A stretch of 44,605 nucleotides of DNA, from positions 1 to 44,605 of the forward strand of contig JAFUPK010000066.1 in NCBI GenBank assembly GCA_017481265.1. The letters run 5' to 3'. The translations under genes and the position numbers were made by a program. The notes beneath the pieces are model-generated. The model saw only the letters and a program-made list of their open reading frames with translations. It searched no databases and had not been told where the DNA came from. The stretch is from Clostridia bacterium (GTDB lineage: Bacteria > Bacillota > Clostridia > Oscillospirales > CAG-272). Below are positions 27,303 to 35,612 of this stretch, piece after piece (positions within the stretch are counted from its first letter, which is position 1; each line of letters starts with the position of its first letter).

Positions 27303-27331
27303 TTGACAATCTATCTGCGCTGTGATAAAAT
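27303..27331 (+). promoter_or_regulatory. HAD-luxS promoter
   Basis: TTGACA, 17-nt spacer, TGaTAAAAT. Confidence 0.55.
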
Positions 27332-27369
27332 TCCCTATAGAATATTTAAATAAGGAACGGTTTGAGGCT

Positions 27370-28017
27370 TTGATAAAAGGTTATATTTTTGATATGGACG
27401 GAACCCTTGTGGATTCCATGAAAATGATAATGGAGATGGATCGCGGCATTTTCGGAAAGTTCGGACTCCCCTTTTCAAAGGAAGCCACTGAGCTTATGAA
27501 ATATATACCCCTTGGGGAATCCGCAAAGCTCATAAAGCGTATGTTTGACATTCCTCATACGGAGGATGAGGTCACACGCATTATGTATGACACCATGAGA
27601 GAGGGATATAATACGGTGGTAACGAAGCCGGGTGCCCTTGAGTACCTCCGCTTTGCAAAGGAGTCGGGGATAAAGCTCTGCATCGCTACGGCAACGGAGC
27701 CTGAGATCGCCCTTGAGGTGTCGGAGAGACTGGGAATCATGGAATATATGGACTTTCTCGTAGCTTGCAGTGAGGTGGGGGAATCCAAGGAGAAGCCGGA
27801 TGTATTTCTTGAAGCGGCGCGACGCTGGGGCTTTGAGCCCTCTGAGGTGGCTGTGTTCGAGGACGGACTTCCCGGTGCAAGGAGCTCACGCGGGGCGGGA
27901 TTTACGGTCGTGGGGGTCTATGATGAGCCCTCCGCAGGCGGTAACGAACAGCCGCTGCGGGATGTAAGCCACGTGTACATACGCTCCTTTGCGGATATTG
28001 AAAATAAGCTGATCTGA
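27370..28017 (+). CDS. HAD-superfamily hydrolase (beta-phosphoglucomutase-like subfamily)
   Basis: The motif IFDMDGTLVDS must be preceded by the start codon. The GTG at 27322 from the ORF track lies inside the TTGACA-17-TAAAAT promoter (27303-27331). The TTG at 27370 follows AAGGAA and gives the typical M-IKGYIFDMDGT N-terminus. Confidence 0.75.
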   Translation: MIKGYIFDMDGTLVDSMKMIMEMDRGIFGKFGLPFSKEATELMKYIPLGESAKLIKRMFDIPHTEDEVTRIMYDTMREGYNTVVTKPGALEYLRFAKESGIKLCIATATEPEIALEVSERLGIMEYMDFLVACSEVGESKEKPDVFLEAARRWGFEPSEVAVFEDGLPGARSSRGAGFTVVGVYDEPSAGGNEQPLRDVSHVYIRSFADIENKLI

Positions 28018-28031
28018 GAAAGGATAAGCAA

Positions 28032-28496
28032 ATGAAAGAAATAGCAAAAATCACAAGCTTTACAGTGGATCACACCAAGATGATGCCCGGAATATACGTT
28101 TCCCGTATTGACGGGGACATTACGACTTATGACCTTCGCTTTCGCCGCCCCAATGCAGGGGACTATATAAGCAATCTTGCAATGCATTCCCTTGAGCATA
28201 TGTTTGCAACCTATGTGAGAAACTCCGAGATCGGCGGAGACGTGATCTATTTCGGTCCCATGGGATGCCAGACGGGATTTTATCTTCTTGTGCGCGGTCT
28301 CGACAACGAGACGGTGCTCCGTGTGACAAAGGATGTTCTTGCGCGAATCTGCGCCCATGAGGGAGAGATGTTCGGTCAGTCCGAGGTGGAGTGCGGAAAT
28401 TACAGAAATCTTTCTGTTGAAGCCGCAAAGGAAGAAGCGGCGCTTTTCGCAAAGGTCCTCGACACATCGGATAATACATTTGAGTATCGGAAATAA
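28032..28496 (+). CDS. luxS: S-ribosylhomocysteine lyase
   Basis: FTVDHTKM, the HSLEHMFA metal site and GPMGCQTGFY. Confidence 0.95.
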   Translation: MKEIAKITSFTVDHTKMMPGIYVSRIDGDITTYDLRFRRPNAGDYISNLAMHSLEHMFATYVRNSEIGGDVIYFGPMGCQTGFYLLVRGLDNETVLRVTKDVLARICAHEGEMFGQSEVECGNYRNLSVEAAKEEAALFAKVLDTSDNTFEYRK

Positions 28497-28621
28497 CCGT
28501 AGCCGCGGCGAGAGATGTCATAAAAAGTGATAATGAAAAATGAATAATGTCGGAACATTTTCGTCAGAGACGAAAAAGGTTCTTGATAATTTGTCCAGCC
28601 GTAGGCTGAAAGGAGTATAAT

Positions 28622-29320
28622 ATGCTTGGAATTATTGCCGCAATGCAAAAAGAAATGGATCTTATTGCAGAAGCAATGTCAGACCCCGTACGCGAAAGTG
28701 TCGGCGGAGTTGAGTTTGTCAAGGGTGAGCTTTCCGGCTACCCCGTGGTGTGCTCGGTATGCGGTATCGGCAAAGTCTTTGCCGCTATGTGTGCCGAAGC
28801 TATGATAATCAAATATTCCCCTGAGCTTATAGTCAATACAGGTGTGGGAGGAACACTCACAAAAGAGCTTTCCATAGGCGATGTTGCCGTGTCCTCGGCA
28901 GTCTGCCAGCATGATATGGACACCACCGCCATCGGTGATGAGGCAGGTCTCATCTCGGGGATCAATAAGGTCTATTTCGAAGCCGACAGCAATGCCGCTG
29001 ATGCTATTGAAGCCATCGCCGCAGATCTCGGGATCAATACCCTCAGAGGCGTGATTGCTTCGGGAGATGTCTTCGTTGCAAGCAATGCCCAGAAGGAGAG
29101 GATAACATCCCTTTTCGGCGCCGTTTCCTGTGAGATGGAGGGCGGAGCAGTCGGTCACGTATGCTATGTCAATAAAACTCCCTTTGCAGTTATCCGCGCC
29201 ATCTCCGACGATGCTGACGGCGGTGCCGTTGATGATTACCCCGCTTTTGCTGCAGCATCTGCAAAAAAGTCCGCAAGCATCGTAGTAAAGCTGGCAGAGA
29301 AGCTTGCGCAAAAAGCGTGA
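28622..29320 (+). CDS. mtnN: 5'-methylthioadenosine/S-adenosylhomocysteine nucleosidase
   Basis: MLGIIAAMQKEM, GIGKVFAAM and SCEMEGGAVGHV motifs. Confidence 0.92.
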   Translation: MLGIIAAMQKEMDLIAEAMSDPVRESVGGVEFVKGELSGYPVVCSVCGIGKVFAAMCAEAMIIKYSPELIVNTGVGGTLTKELSIGDVAVSSAVCQHDMDTTAIGDEAGLISGINKVYFEADSNAADAIEAIAADLGINTLRGVIASGDVFVASNAQKERITSLFGAVSCEMEGGAVGHVCYVNKTPFAVIRAISDDADGGAVDDYPAFAAASAKKSASIVVKLAEKLAQKA

Positions 29321-29433
29321 GTGCGGACTTGAACACAATGCATCGCGTGCCGACTTCAGGTTTTATTTTGAAGTAAGGATGTGATCTTATAAATAAACTA
29401 AAGGAAAAAGTCTCCCAAACGGAAGAGCTCGTT

Positions 29434-30393
29434 GTGACCGAGCTTGAGCGTGAGTGCCTGAAGCTTTACGCTGCTGTAGACGAGGAAAAACGGCGCATCG
29501 AGGAGCTCTGTGAGAGCATCGCCGAAAACGGCGGTGACAGTGAGTCTGCTGAGCCTACCCTTGAGTCCGTGAAGCGGGCTGAAACCTCTATAAGGCGTGC
29601 CTACTTCTCACTTATGTCGGTGAACGACAGCTTCAGCGCCCGCCTCCACGATATAAAAAAGAGCCGCAAAAAGCGAAGGATCATCCCCCGTGCTCCCGCA
29701 AACTATTCCGTGGATCTGTACGAAAGGGAGCTGCGCCATTTTGCAGGCGGCATCAATACATATAAGCTCATGCTCATATGCTTCATCGGAAGCTTTGCGG
29801 GAGTTGTCCTTGAGATGCTGTGGTGCCTTCTCAAGCGAGGATATATCGAAAGCCGTGCGGGACTTGTGTACGGCCCCTTCAATATGCTGTACGGAGTCGG
29901 AGCTGTGCTTCTTACGGTGGCTCTGTACGGTCTGCGCAACCACCGACGTTGGCTCTCCTTTACGGGAGGCTTTGCGGTGGGAAGCTTGCTTGAGTACGTG
30001 TGCTCATGGGGGCAGGAGTTCTTCCTCGGCTCACGCTCGTGGGACTACAGCTCAAAGCCATTTAACCTCAACGGCAGGATATGCCTCTTGTATTCGGTGT
30101 TCTGGGGACTTCTCGGCGTGCTTTGGGTGAAGAATCTTTATCCGCGCATAGCGGCGCTGATCCTCAAGATCCCCGAAAAGATAGGTAAGCGCGTAACCGT
30201 GGGTCTGAGCATATTTCTTGCGCTTAATTGCATCGTAACCTGCGTTGCCGTATACCGCTGGTCCGAAAGAGTTGACGGAAAAGAGGCACAGGGCGCTTTT
30301 TGGGAGATTGTTGACAGCCGCTTCCCCGACAGCCGCATGGAAAGAGTCTTTGCCAATATGGATTTCGGAACGGATACCGAGGAGGTTGAGTAG
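29434..30393 (+). CDS. Multi-TM membrane protein of the 'putative ABC-transporter type IV' (CmpB-like) family with a roughly 100-aa charged N-terminal extension
   Basis: The hydrophobic core includes LEYVCSWGQEFFLGSRSWDYSSKPFNLNGRICLLYS, typical of that family. GTG 29434 is the first possible start after an in-frame stop, with GGAAGAG upstream. Confidence 0.65.
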   Translation: MTELERECLKLYAAVDEEKRRIEELCESIAENGGDSESAEPTLESVKRAETSIRRAYFSLMSVNDSFSARLHDIKKSRKKRRIIPRAPANYSVDLYERELRHFAGGINTYKLMLICFIGSFAGVVLEMLWCLLKRGYIESRAGLVYGPFNMLYGVGAVLLTVALYGLRNHRRWLSFTGGFAVGSLLEYVCSWGQEFFLGSRSWDYSSKPFNLNGRICLLYSVFWGLLGVLWVKNLYPRIAALILKIPEKIGKRVTVGLSIFLALNCIVTCVAVYRWSERVDGKEAQGAFWEIVDSRFPDSRMERVFANMDFGTDTEEVE

Positions 30394-30396
30394 TAT

Positions 30397-31242
30397 ATGA
30401 AAAAAGGTCTTGTGCTTGAGGGCGGCGCCATGCGCGGTATGTTCACCTGCGGTGTCGCAGACGTGATGATGGAAAAAGGCATTGCCTTCGACGGTGCAGT
30501 GGGTGTTTCCGCGGGAGCCGTTTTTGGATGTAATTATAAATCGGGGCAGGCGGGACGTGCCATAAGGTACAATATGCGCTTCTCCCGTGACAAAAGATAC
30601 TGCAGTATGCGAAGCCTTATAAAAACCGGTGATCTGTACGGTGCCGACTTCTGCTACCGCGAACTGCCGCAAAAGCTCGATATCTTCGATTATGATGCAT
30701 ACAACAGCTCAAAAATGGAGTTCTACGCGGTATGTACCGATGTGGAAACGGGAAAGCCCGTTTACCACCGCTGTGACACCTGCGATGAGTACGAGATCGA
30801 GTGGCTCCGCGCATCGGCGTCCATGCCCCTTGTGTCAAGGGTAGTGGAGATAGAGGGACGCGGCTACCTCGACGGAGGCATCTCAGATTCGATCCCGCTC
30901 TCATTCTTCGAAAGCATCGGCTACGGAAAGAATATTGTGGTGCTCACTCAGCCGAGAGGATATGTCAAGGAGAAGAACCGTGCCCTGCCTTTGATGAAGC
31001 TCATGCTGAAAAAGTATCCGAGGCTTATTGATGCCATGGAGCGCCGCCACGAAATGTACAACCGCCAATGTGAATACGTGTTCAGCCGTGAGCGGCAGGG
31101 GGATGTACTTGTGATCTGCCCTGACAGCGCTCTGCCAATCGGACGGATCGAAAAAGATCCCGAAAAGCTCCGCGCGGTATATGACATAGGACGGGAAAAC
31201 TGCCAAAGACGTATTTCTGAAATATGTGAGTTTCTTAAATAA
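30397..31242 (+). CDS. Patatin-like phospholipase
   Basis: GGAMRG oxyanion motif and the GVSAG nucleophile elbow. Starts 3 nt after the upstream stop codon. Confidence 0.85.
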   Translation: MKKGLVLEGGAMRGMFTCGVADVMMEKGIAFDGAVGVSAGAVFGCNYKSGQAGRAIRYNMRFSRDKRYCSMRSLIKTGDLYGADFCYRELPQKLDIFDYDAYNSSKMEFYAVCTDVETGKPVYHRCDTCDEYEIEWLRASASMPLVSRVVEIEGRGYLDGGISDSIPLSFFESIGYGKNIVVLTQPRGYVKEKNRALPLMKLMLKKYPRLIDAMERRHEMYNRQCEYVFSRERQGDVLVICPDSALPIGRIEKDPEKLRAVYDIGRENCQRRISEICEFLK

Positions 31243-31356
31243 GGGCAACAGGAACGATTTTCCTACATTTCTCCCGCACACTTGATTTTTTTCGCAGTTT
31301 ATGTTATCCTATATATAGCTTTAGTTGAATATAGCTCCCGAAAGGAAAAATATATT

Positions 31357-32457
31357 ATGAAAAAAGTTATGCTGGTGTTTGGTACACGTCCCGAAGCCAT
31401 AAAAATGTGTCCCCTTGTAAATGAGCTTAAGACCCGCGAGAACCTTGAAACTGTGGTGTGCGTAACAGGTCAGCACAGACAGATGCTCGATCAGGTGCTC
31501 AAGGCATTCGACGTTACTCCGGACTACGACCTTGCAATCATGAAGTCCGGACAGACTCTTTTTGACGTTACCGTCAACATTCTTGAGCGTATAAAGGCCG
31601 TTCTTGAAGAAGTGCGCCCTGACGTGGTTCTCGTCCACGGTGACACCTCCACCACCTTCGTTACGGCTCTTGCCTGCTTCTATATGCAGATCCCCGTAGG
31701 TCATGTTGAAGCAGGACTTCGCACATACAATATATACTCCCCCTATCCCGAGGAGTTCAACCGTCAGGCTGTGGGCATTGTGTCTCAGTACAACTTTGCA
31801 CCTACCGAGATGTCGAAGAACAACCTTGTCAGCGAGGGCAAGGACCCCGCAAAGATATACATTACGGGAAACACCGCCATTGATGCTCTCAAGACCACCG
31901 TCCGCGAAGACTACACCCATCCCGAGCTTGACTGGGCGGCAGATTCCAGACTTATCATGATCACCGCTCACCGACGTGAGAATCTCGGCGAGCCCATGCA
32001 CAATATGTTCCGCGCCATCAGACGTATCATCGAGGAGCACCCCGACGTTAAGGCGATCTACCCCATCCATATGAATCCCGTGGTACGTGCGGCGGCTGAG
32101 GCTGAGCTTGGCGGATGTGACCGTATCCGTATCATCGAGCCCCTCGATGTTCTCGATTTCCACAACTTCCTGGCACGCAGCTATATGATCCTTACGGACA
32201 GCGGCGGAATCCAGGAAGAGGCTCCCTCTCTCGGAAAGCCCGTTCTCGTTATGCGCGACACAACTGAGCGCCCCGAGGGTATAGCCGCAGGAACACTGAA
32301 GCTTGTAGGTACCGACGAGACTGTGATCTATGAGAACTTCAAGCTTCTCCTTGAGGACAAGTCTGCGTATGATGCCATGAGCCATGCCTCAAATCCCTAC
32401 GGCGACGGACTTGCCTGCAAGCGCATTGCAGATATTCTTGAGGGTAAGCAGGGCTGA
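31357..32457 (+). CDS. wecB: UDP-N-acetylglucosamine 2-epimerase (non-hydrolysing)
   Basis: MKKVMLVFGTRPEAIKMCPL, HVEAGLRT and DSGGIQEEAPSLGKPVLVMRDTTERPE. Start moved to ATG 31357, which follows AAAGGAAAAA. Confidence 0.93.
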   Translation: MKKVMLVFGTRPEAIKMCPLVNELKTRENLETVVCVTGQHRQMLDQVLKAFDVTPDYDLAIMKSGQTLFDVTVNILERIKAVLEEVRPDVVLVHGDTSTTFVTALACFYMQIPVGHVEAGLRTYNIYSPYPEEFNRQAVGIVSQYNFAPTEMSKNNLVSEGKDPAKIYITGNTAIDALKTTVREDYTHPELDWAADSRLIMITAHRRENLGEPMHNMFRAIRRIIEEHPDVKAIYPIHMNPVVRAAAEAELGGCDRIRIIEPLDVLDFHNFLARSYMILTDSGGIQEEAPSLGKPVLVMRDTTERPEGIAAGTLKLVGTDETVIYENFKLLLEDKSAYDAMSHASNPYGDGLACKRIADILEGKQG

Positions 32458-32484
32458 GCCTTGCTGTCCATTCAGTAAAAAAAT

Positions 32485-32527
32485 TCACCCTTCCGCAGGA
32501 GCTTTTCTTCGGAAGGGTGATGCTTTT
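32485..32527. terminator. wecB terminator (bidirectional)
   Basis: Stem TCACCCTTCCG/CGGAAGGGTGA with A7 upstream and TGCTTTTT downstream. Confidence 0.8.
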
Positions 32528-32572
32528 TCATAAAACAAAAAAGTTGGGCGCATGACACCCAACAACACTACT

Positions 32573-32602
32573 ATTATACCATACTTTTGCCCGGTTTGTC
32601 AA
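32573..32602 (-). promoter_or_regulatory. Minus-strand consensus promoter firing into an immediate hairpin
   Basis: Minus strand TTGACA (32602-32597), 18-nt spacer, TGgTATAAT (32581-32573). The hairpin GTTGGG/CCCAAC (32563-32543) plus a U-run starts about 3 nt after the predicted start site. Confidence 0.45.
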
Positions 32603-32647
32603 GATATCTGTTCGTCATAGTGCCGAAATTCTCCCTATTGAACAAAA

Positions 32648-32665
32648 ACAAAGTATAAACTTTGT
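32648..32665. promoter_or_regulatory. Operator-like palindrome ACAAAGT-ATAA-ACTTTGT
   Basis: Perfect 7-bp inverted repeat ending 13 nt upstream of the -35 at 32679. Confidence 0.4.
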
Positions 32666-32678
32666 ACAAAATTACATC

Positions 32679-32707
32679 TTGCAAAAACTAAAAATATGTG
32701 GTACAAT
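32679..32707 (+). promoter_or_regulatory. Plus-strand promoter of the ORF-free unit
   Basis: TTGCAA (32679-32684), 17-nt spacer, TGgTACAAT (32699-32707). Confidence 0.55.
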
Positions 32708-32833
32708 ATAGACACAAGAAAGGAAGGTACACTCCAATGAACAAGTAACCTTCAAGGCTCCGAAACCAAACGTCTACGGAACGCTCGCTCCTGACTGCCG
32801 AAACTACACTCACAAAAAATAAAAAAAGAAGCA

Positions 32834-32857
32834 AAGAAGTCAAGAAGTTAAGAAGTC
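32834..32857 (+). repeat. Three tandem octamers AAGAAGTY
   Basis: AAGAAGTC AAGAAGTT AAGAAGTC, inside the candidate RNA. Confidence 0.8.
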
Positions 32858-33099
32858 AAGCAAAGCATTAAAGATGAAAATGAAAGCAAAGTCTTTCAAA
32901 AACGGTCAGGACAAATTAAGATAAAGGAGCCGAAAAAACAGAGACCATCGCCTTTTACCGAAGCGGAACACCGAAGCAAATTGTGATCCTGCATACAGGA
33001 TATGGATGAAAGTGTTAGTGGACGGTGACAGAGAGAGGAAAAAGGCAGAACAAAAGGAAGAGAGGTATACAAAAGATGTTAGATTTCAAGAGTGAACAG

Positions 33100-33165
33100 A
33101 AATGACCCTTGTTTGCGACAAAACTGTGTAAAGAAACAGTGCAAACAAGGGTCATTTCGCTTTTA
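33100..33165 (+). terminator. Long-stem terminator 1 of the ORF-free unit
   Basis: 17-bp stem AAATGACCCTTGTTTGC/GCAAACAAGGGTCATTT enclosing a smaller hairpin, followed by CGCTTTT. Confidence 0.7.
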
Positions 33166-33169
33166 CTGT

Positions 33170-33188
33170 CGCCGAAAGGCGTTTTTTT
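33170..33188 (+). terminator. Terminator 2
   Basis: CGCC-GAAA-GGCG followed by T7. Confidence 0.7.
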
Positions 33189-33253
33189 GTTTTAAGGCTT
33201 CCGATGAGGTAACGCTAACCTTTTTTAATATGTGCAGCTCTTTTATATAAAAA

Positions 33254-33291
33254 TCCCCAAATTATGTTGTGCATAATTTGAGGAATTTTTT
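33254..33291. terminator. Glycyl-radical-enzyme gene terminator (bidirectional)
   Basis: Stem CCCCAAATTATG/CATAATTTGAGG flanked by A5 and T7. Confidence 0.75.
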
Positions 33292-35465
33292 TACAGCATA
33301 TGCTCGGTGCGGGCAATGATGTTATCCTGAAGCTCAGGGTCAAATTCGTTGAAATATCCGCTGTAGCCGCCAATGCGCACCTTTAAGCTTTCGTGTGCCT
33401 CGGGATGCTCCTTTGCATCACGAAGCTCATCTGCAGAGACCACAGCCGTGGTTATCTGCTGACCGCCGCCTGCAAAATAGCTCTTGGCAAGAGCAATAAA
33501 GCTATCCTTGCCCTTGTCGGTGCAGAAGGTCTTTTTCTCAAACTTAACTTGGAATATAAATCCGCTTCCCGCCTCAAGCTGATCGTAGTGAAGTGCGGAT
33601 TTTACAGCCGCGGTGGGGCCTGCCATATCACGTCCGGGAGTGGCGGCAATGCTGTCTGCAAGCATGGGAGAGCCGCGCCTCTTTCCGTTTGGCATGGCGC
33701 CGATGGCCTTGCCGTATGAGGCAATGCGGGCCTCGGGACTGCAGCCACCCATGAAGATGCCGCCTCTGTAGGTTCGGTGGAGCTTCAGCTCGCGTAAGAA
33801 ATAGTTTGTTATCTCTGCTGTGATCGCGTCAACCTCTGCGATATCGTTTCCGAATTTTTCACAGGAGGAAAAATCACGCCACAGCTCCGCATATCCTTCA
33901 AAATCTGCATCAAGAGCGGCAAGAAGCGTCTCCATGGTGTACTTTTTTTCGTCGAAAACCAGCTTCTTTATGGCGTACATACTGTCGCCTGCGTCTGCGA
34001 TACCCTCTGCAAGTATCTGACCGTGGTTGTAGAGGGGGCCGCCGTTGCGGAAGTCGACGCCCTTCTCAAGGCATCCCTCGATAAGGCTTGAACGAAGGGG
34101 ATTGAAGCCAAAGCGAGCCTTGATGTGCTGGCAGGCATTGGAGCTTGATGCCATGGAAAGGGTCACCCAAGAGATCTGCCGCTTTACGGCGCGCATGAGC
34201 TCATCAAAGGTCTTGAATTTCGATGCATCACCCGAGGCGACGCTGTAACGGTCGCGGATCGGATCCATGGGGTCGCAACCGTTGTAGAGTGCAAGCTCCA
34301 CGCATTTTGCGAGGCAGACCTCTCCGTCCTCAAGTCCCATATGGCTCTTGCCGAATATGTCGATCTGGTTACAGCCATTCATGCAGTAGTCGTGGCTGTC
34401 GCAGGCAGGCATACCCATCTTTTCAAAGGCGGCGCAGACTATCTCGTCGTTATATATTGTGGGAAGCCCGCATCCCGTTGCAAGGACATCGGCACAGGCG
34501 CGCCAAAGCTTATCGGGGGTATTTCGGTGGACTCTCACAGAAAGATTTGGGGTGTTGTACGCTTTTTCTGCGGTGATAGCAAGAATATCATAGGTAAGAC
34601 CGAAGGTCTCGTCGTTCCAGTTCTCGTCGCTTCCCGAGAGGGTGGCGTGCCATGCGCGGGTGGCATGGAAGGCATCCCAGAGGCGCGAGAGCATATCGTG
34701 GATCTCGCATCGGTCGCTTGTTGCCTCATAGCATCGGCGAAGCATCTGATCGAGGCGTCCGGGAGAGTCAATGGCATCAAGAGAGAATACGAGCCAGAAG
34801 GCGTGCACAGCGGAGGTGAAATCATAGGCGGGGTGTTTCGGGATCACCTCAAAGGCGCGTGCGGCAGCCTCGTAGCGTCGCTTGTCATCGGGGTCGGTGC
34901 ACTCTGCGGCAAGACTTACGGCGAGAGAGTGAAAACGCTCACCGAGGATGTCGACGGCGTCCATCATATGAGAGCATCCGTTGTAGAAGGCGTCCTTGCC
35001 GGGGTTTTTTGCACGTCCCTCTTCGATGATGCGGCGGATTCCCTCTGTGCCGAGGTTTATGAGCCTGCCGAAGTCGGGGTTTGCGTGTCCGCCCCATCCG
35101 CCGCCCCAGCCTGCGCGTATCTGACCTGCGCGGCTACCGATGTCGGTTGAGGGGTATGAGTACTCATAATTGAGATAGGATATCATAGCATCCCTGTTTT
35201 CACGCAGTCCCTCAGCCTCCTCGGGGTAACGCTCTATAAGCTCGTCATACTTTTCGGGGCGTACCTTGATGCAGGCGGCGTGCATGAATGCAACACCGCT
35301 GTTTTCCGGGAAGCATTCCACAGTAGGGAGTATGTAATCGTTAAACGAGATATCCGTGTAGCGGGCAAACTCCACAAGTCCGAGACCGATCCTCTCCTCG
35401 TAGGGAAGCTCGGGGTGCTCTAAAAATCCGTTTGCGTAAAAATCTATACTTCTGTTTTTCGTCAT
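33291..35465 (-). CDS. Glycyl radical enzyme, PFL2/dehydratase-like family, substrate unknown
   Basis: C-terminal glycyl radical motif VRIGGYSGYF (Gly codon 33366-33368). Thiyl-loop Cys in MNGCNQIDIFG (codon 34371-34373). Other family blocks are present: GGHANPDF, SPGRLDQ, NLSVRVH, GLPTIYNDE. Confidence 0.9.
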   Translation of the reverse strand: MTKNRSIDFYANGFLEHPELPYEERIGLGLVEFARYTDISFNDYILPTVECFPENSGVAFMHAACIKVRPEKYDELIERYPEEAEGLRENRDAMISYLNYEYSYPSTDIGSRAGQIRAGWGGGWGGHANPDFGRLINLGTEGIRRIIEEGRAKNPGKDAFYNGCSHMMDAVDILGERFHSLAVSLAAECTDPDDKRRYEAAARAFEVIPKHPAYDFTSAVHAFWLVFSLDAIDSPGRLDQMLRRCYEATSDRCEIHDMLSRLWDAFHATRAWHATLSGSDENWNDETFGLTYDILAITAEKAYNTPNLSVRVHRNTPDKLWRACADVLATGCGLPTIYNDEIVCAAFEKMGMPACDSHDYCMNGCNQIDIFGKSHMGLEDGEVCLAKCVELALYNGCDPMDPIRDRYSVASGDASKFKTFDELMRAVKRQISWVTLSMASSSNACQHIKARFGFNPLRSSLIEGCLEKGVDFRNGGPLYNHGQILAEGIADAGDSMYAIKKLVFDEKKYTMETLLAALDADFEGYAELWRDFSSCEKFGNDIAEVDAITAEITNYFLRELKLHRTYRGGIFMGGCSPEARIASYGKAIGAMPNGKRRGSPMLADSIAATPGRDMAGPTAAVKSALHYDQLEAGSGFIFQVKFEKKTFCTDKGKDSFIALAKSYFAGGGQQITTAVVSADELRDAKEHPEAHESLKVRIGGYSGYFNEFDPELQDNIIARTEHML

Positions 35466-35500
35466 AGGAGCACACGTCCTTTCGATATATTCTTATTATA

Positions 35501-35529
35501 ATGATACTATAATAAAGCGACTTTGTCAA
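35501..35529 (-). promoter_or_regulatory. Putative promoter of the glycyl radical enzyme gene
   Basis: Minus strand TTGACA (35529-35524), 17-nt spacer, TATCAT (35506-35501). Confidence 0.45.
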
Positions 35530-35543
35530 GGACAAGCATAGAG

Positions 35544-35572
35544 TTGACAGACGGTACGGCGGATGTTATAAT
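35544..35572 (+). promoter_or_regulatory. Consensus plus-strand promoter, divergent from the glycyl radical enzyme gene
   Basis: TTGACA, 17-nt spacer, TGtTATAAT. Confidence 0.55.
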
Positions 35573-35612
35573 GATCATGCAGTATATCTCCAATTGAAAG
35601 GAAGTGCTGTTT

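Larger units (their letters stand above)
32714..33188 (+). ncRNA. Candidate purine-rich non-coding RNA of about 450-475 nt (or micro-ORF transcript), unclassified
   Basis: Bounded by the promoter above and by two tandem terminators. No ORF of 60 aa or more on either strand across 32458-33290. No plus-strand gene follows. Confidence 0.3.

Noticed and set aside
27322-27369. The GTG start at 27322 given by the ORF track for the HAD hydrolase.
   Set aside because: The GTG lies inside the TTGACA-17-TAAAAT promoter and so cannot be on the mRNA. The TTG at 27370 with AAGGAA upstream fits the family N-terminus.
31321-32385. 354-aa minus-strand ORF covering almost all of wecB.
   Set aside because: The plus-strand product carries unmistakable UDP-GlcNAc 2-epimerase motifs, so the antisense ORF is a shadow frame. 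The same reasoning applies to 9759-10724, 10748-11593, 14974-15780, 25979-26668, 34341-35150, 38117-38860 and 43213-43851.
32737-32870. Read-through of the TAA after MNK would give a 45-codon frame, suggesting a recoded or pseudogenised ORF.
   Set aside because: Nothing in the window suggests stop-codon reassignment, since all recognised genes end normally with TAA, TAG or TGA, and the extended frame is low-complexity.
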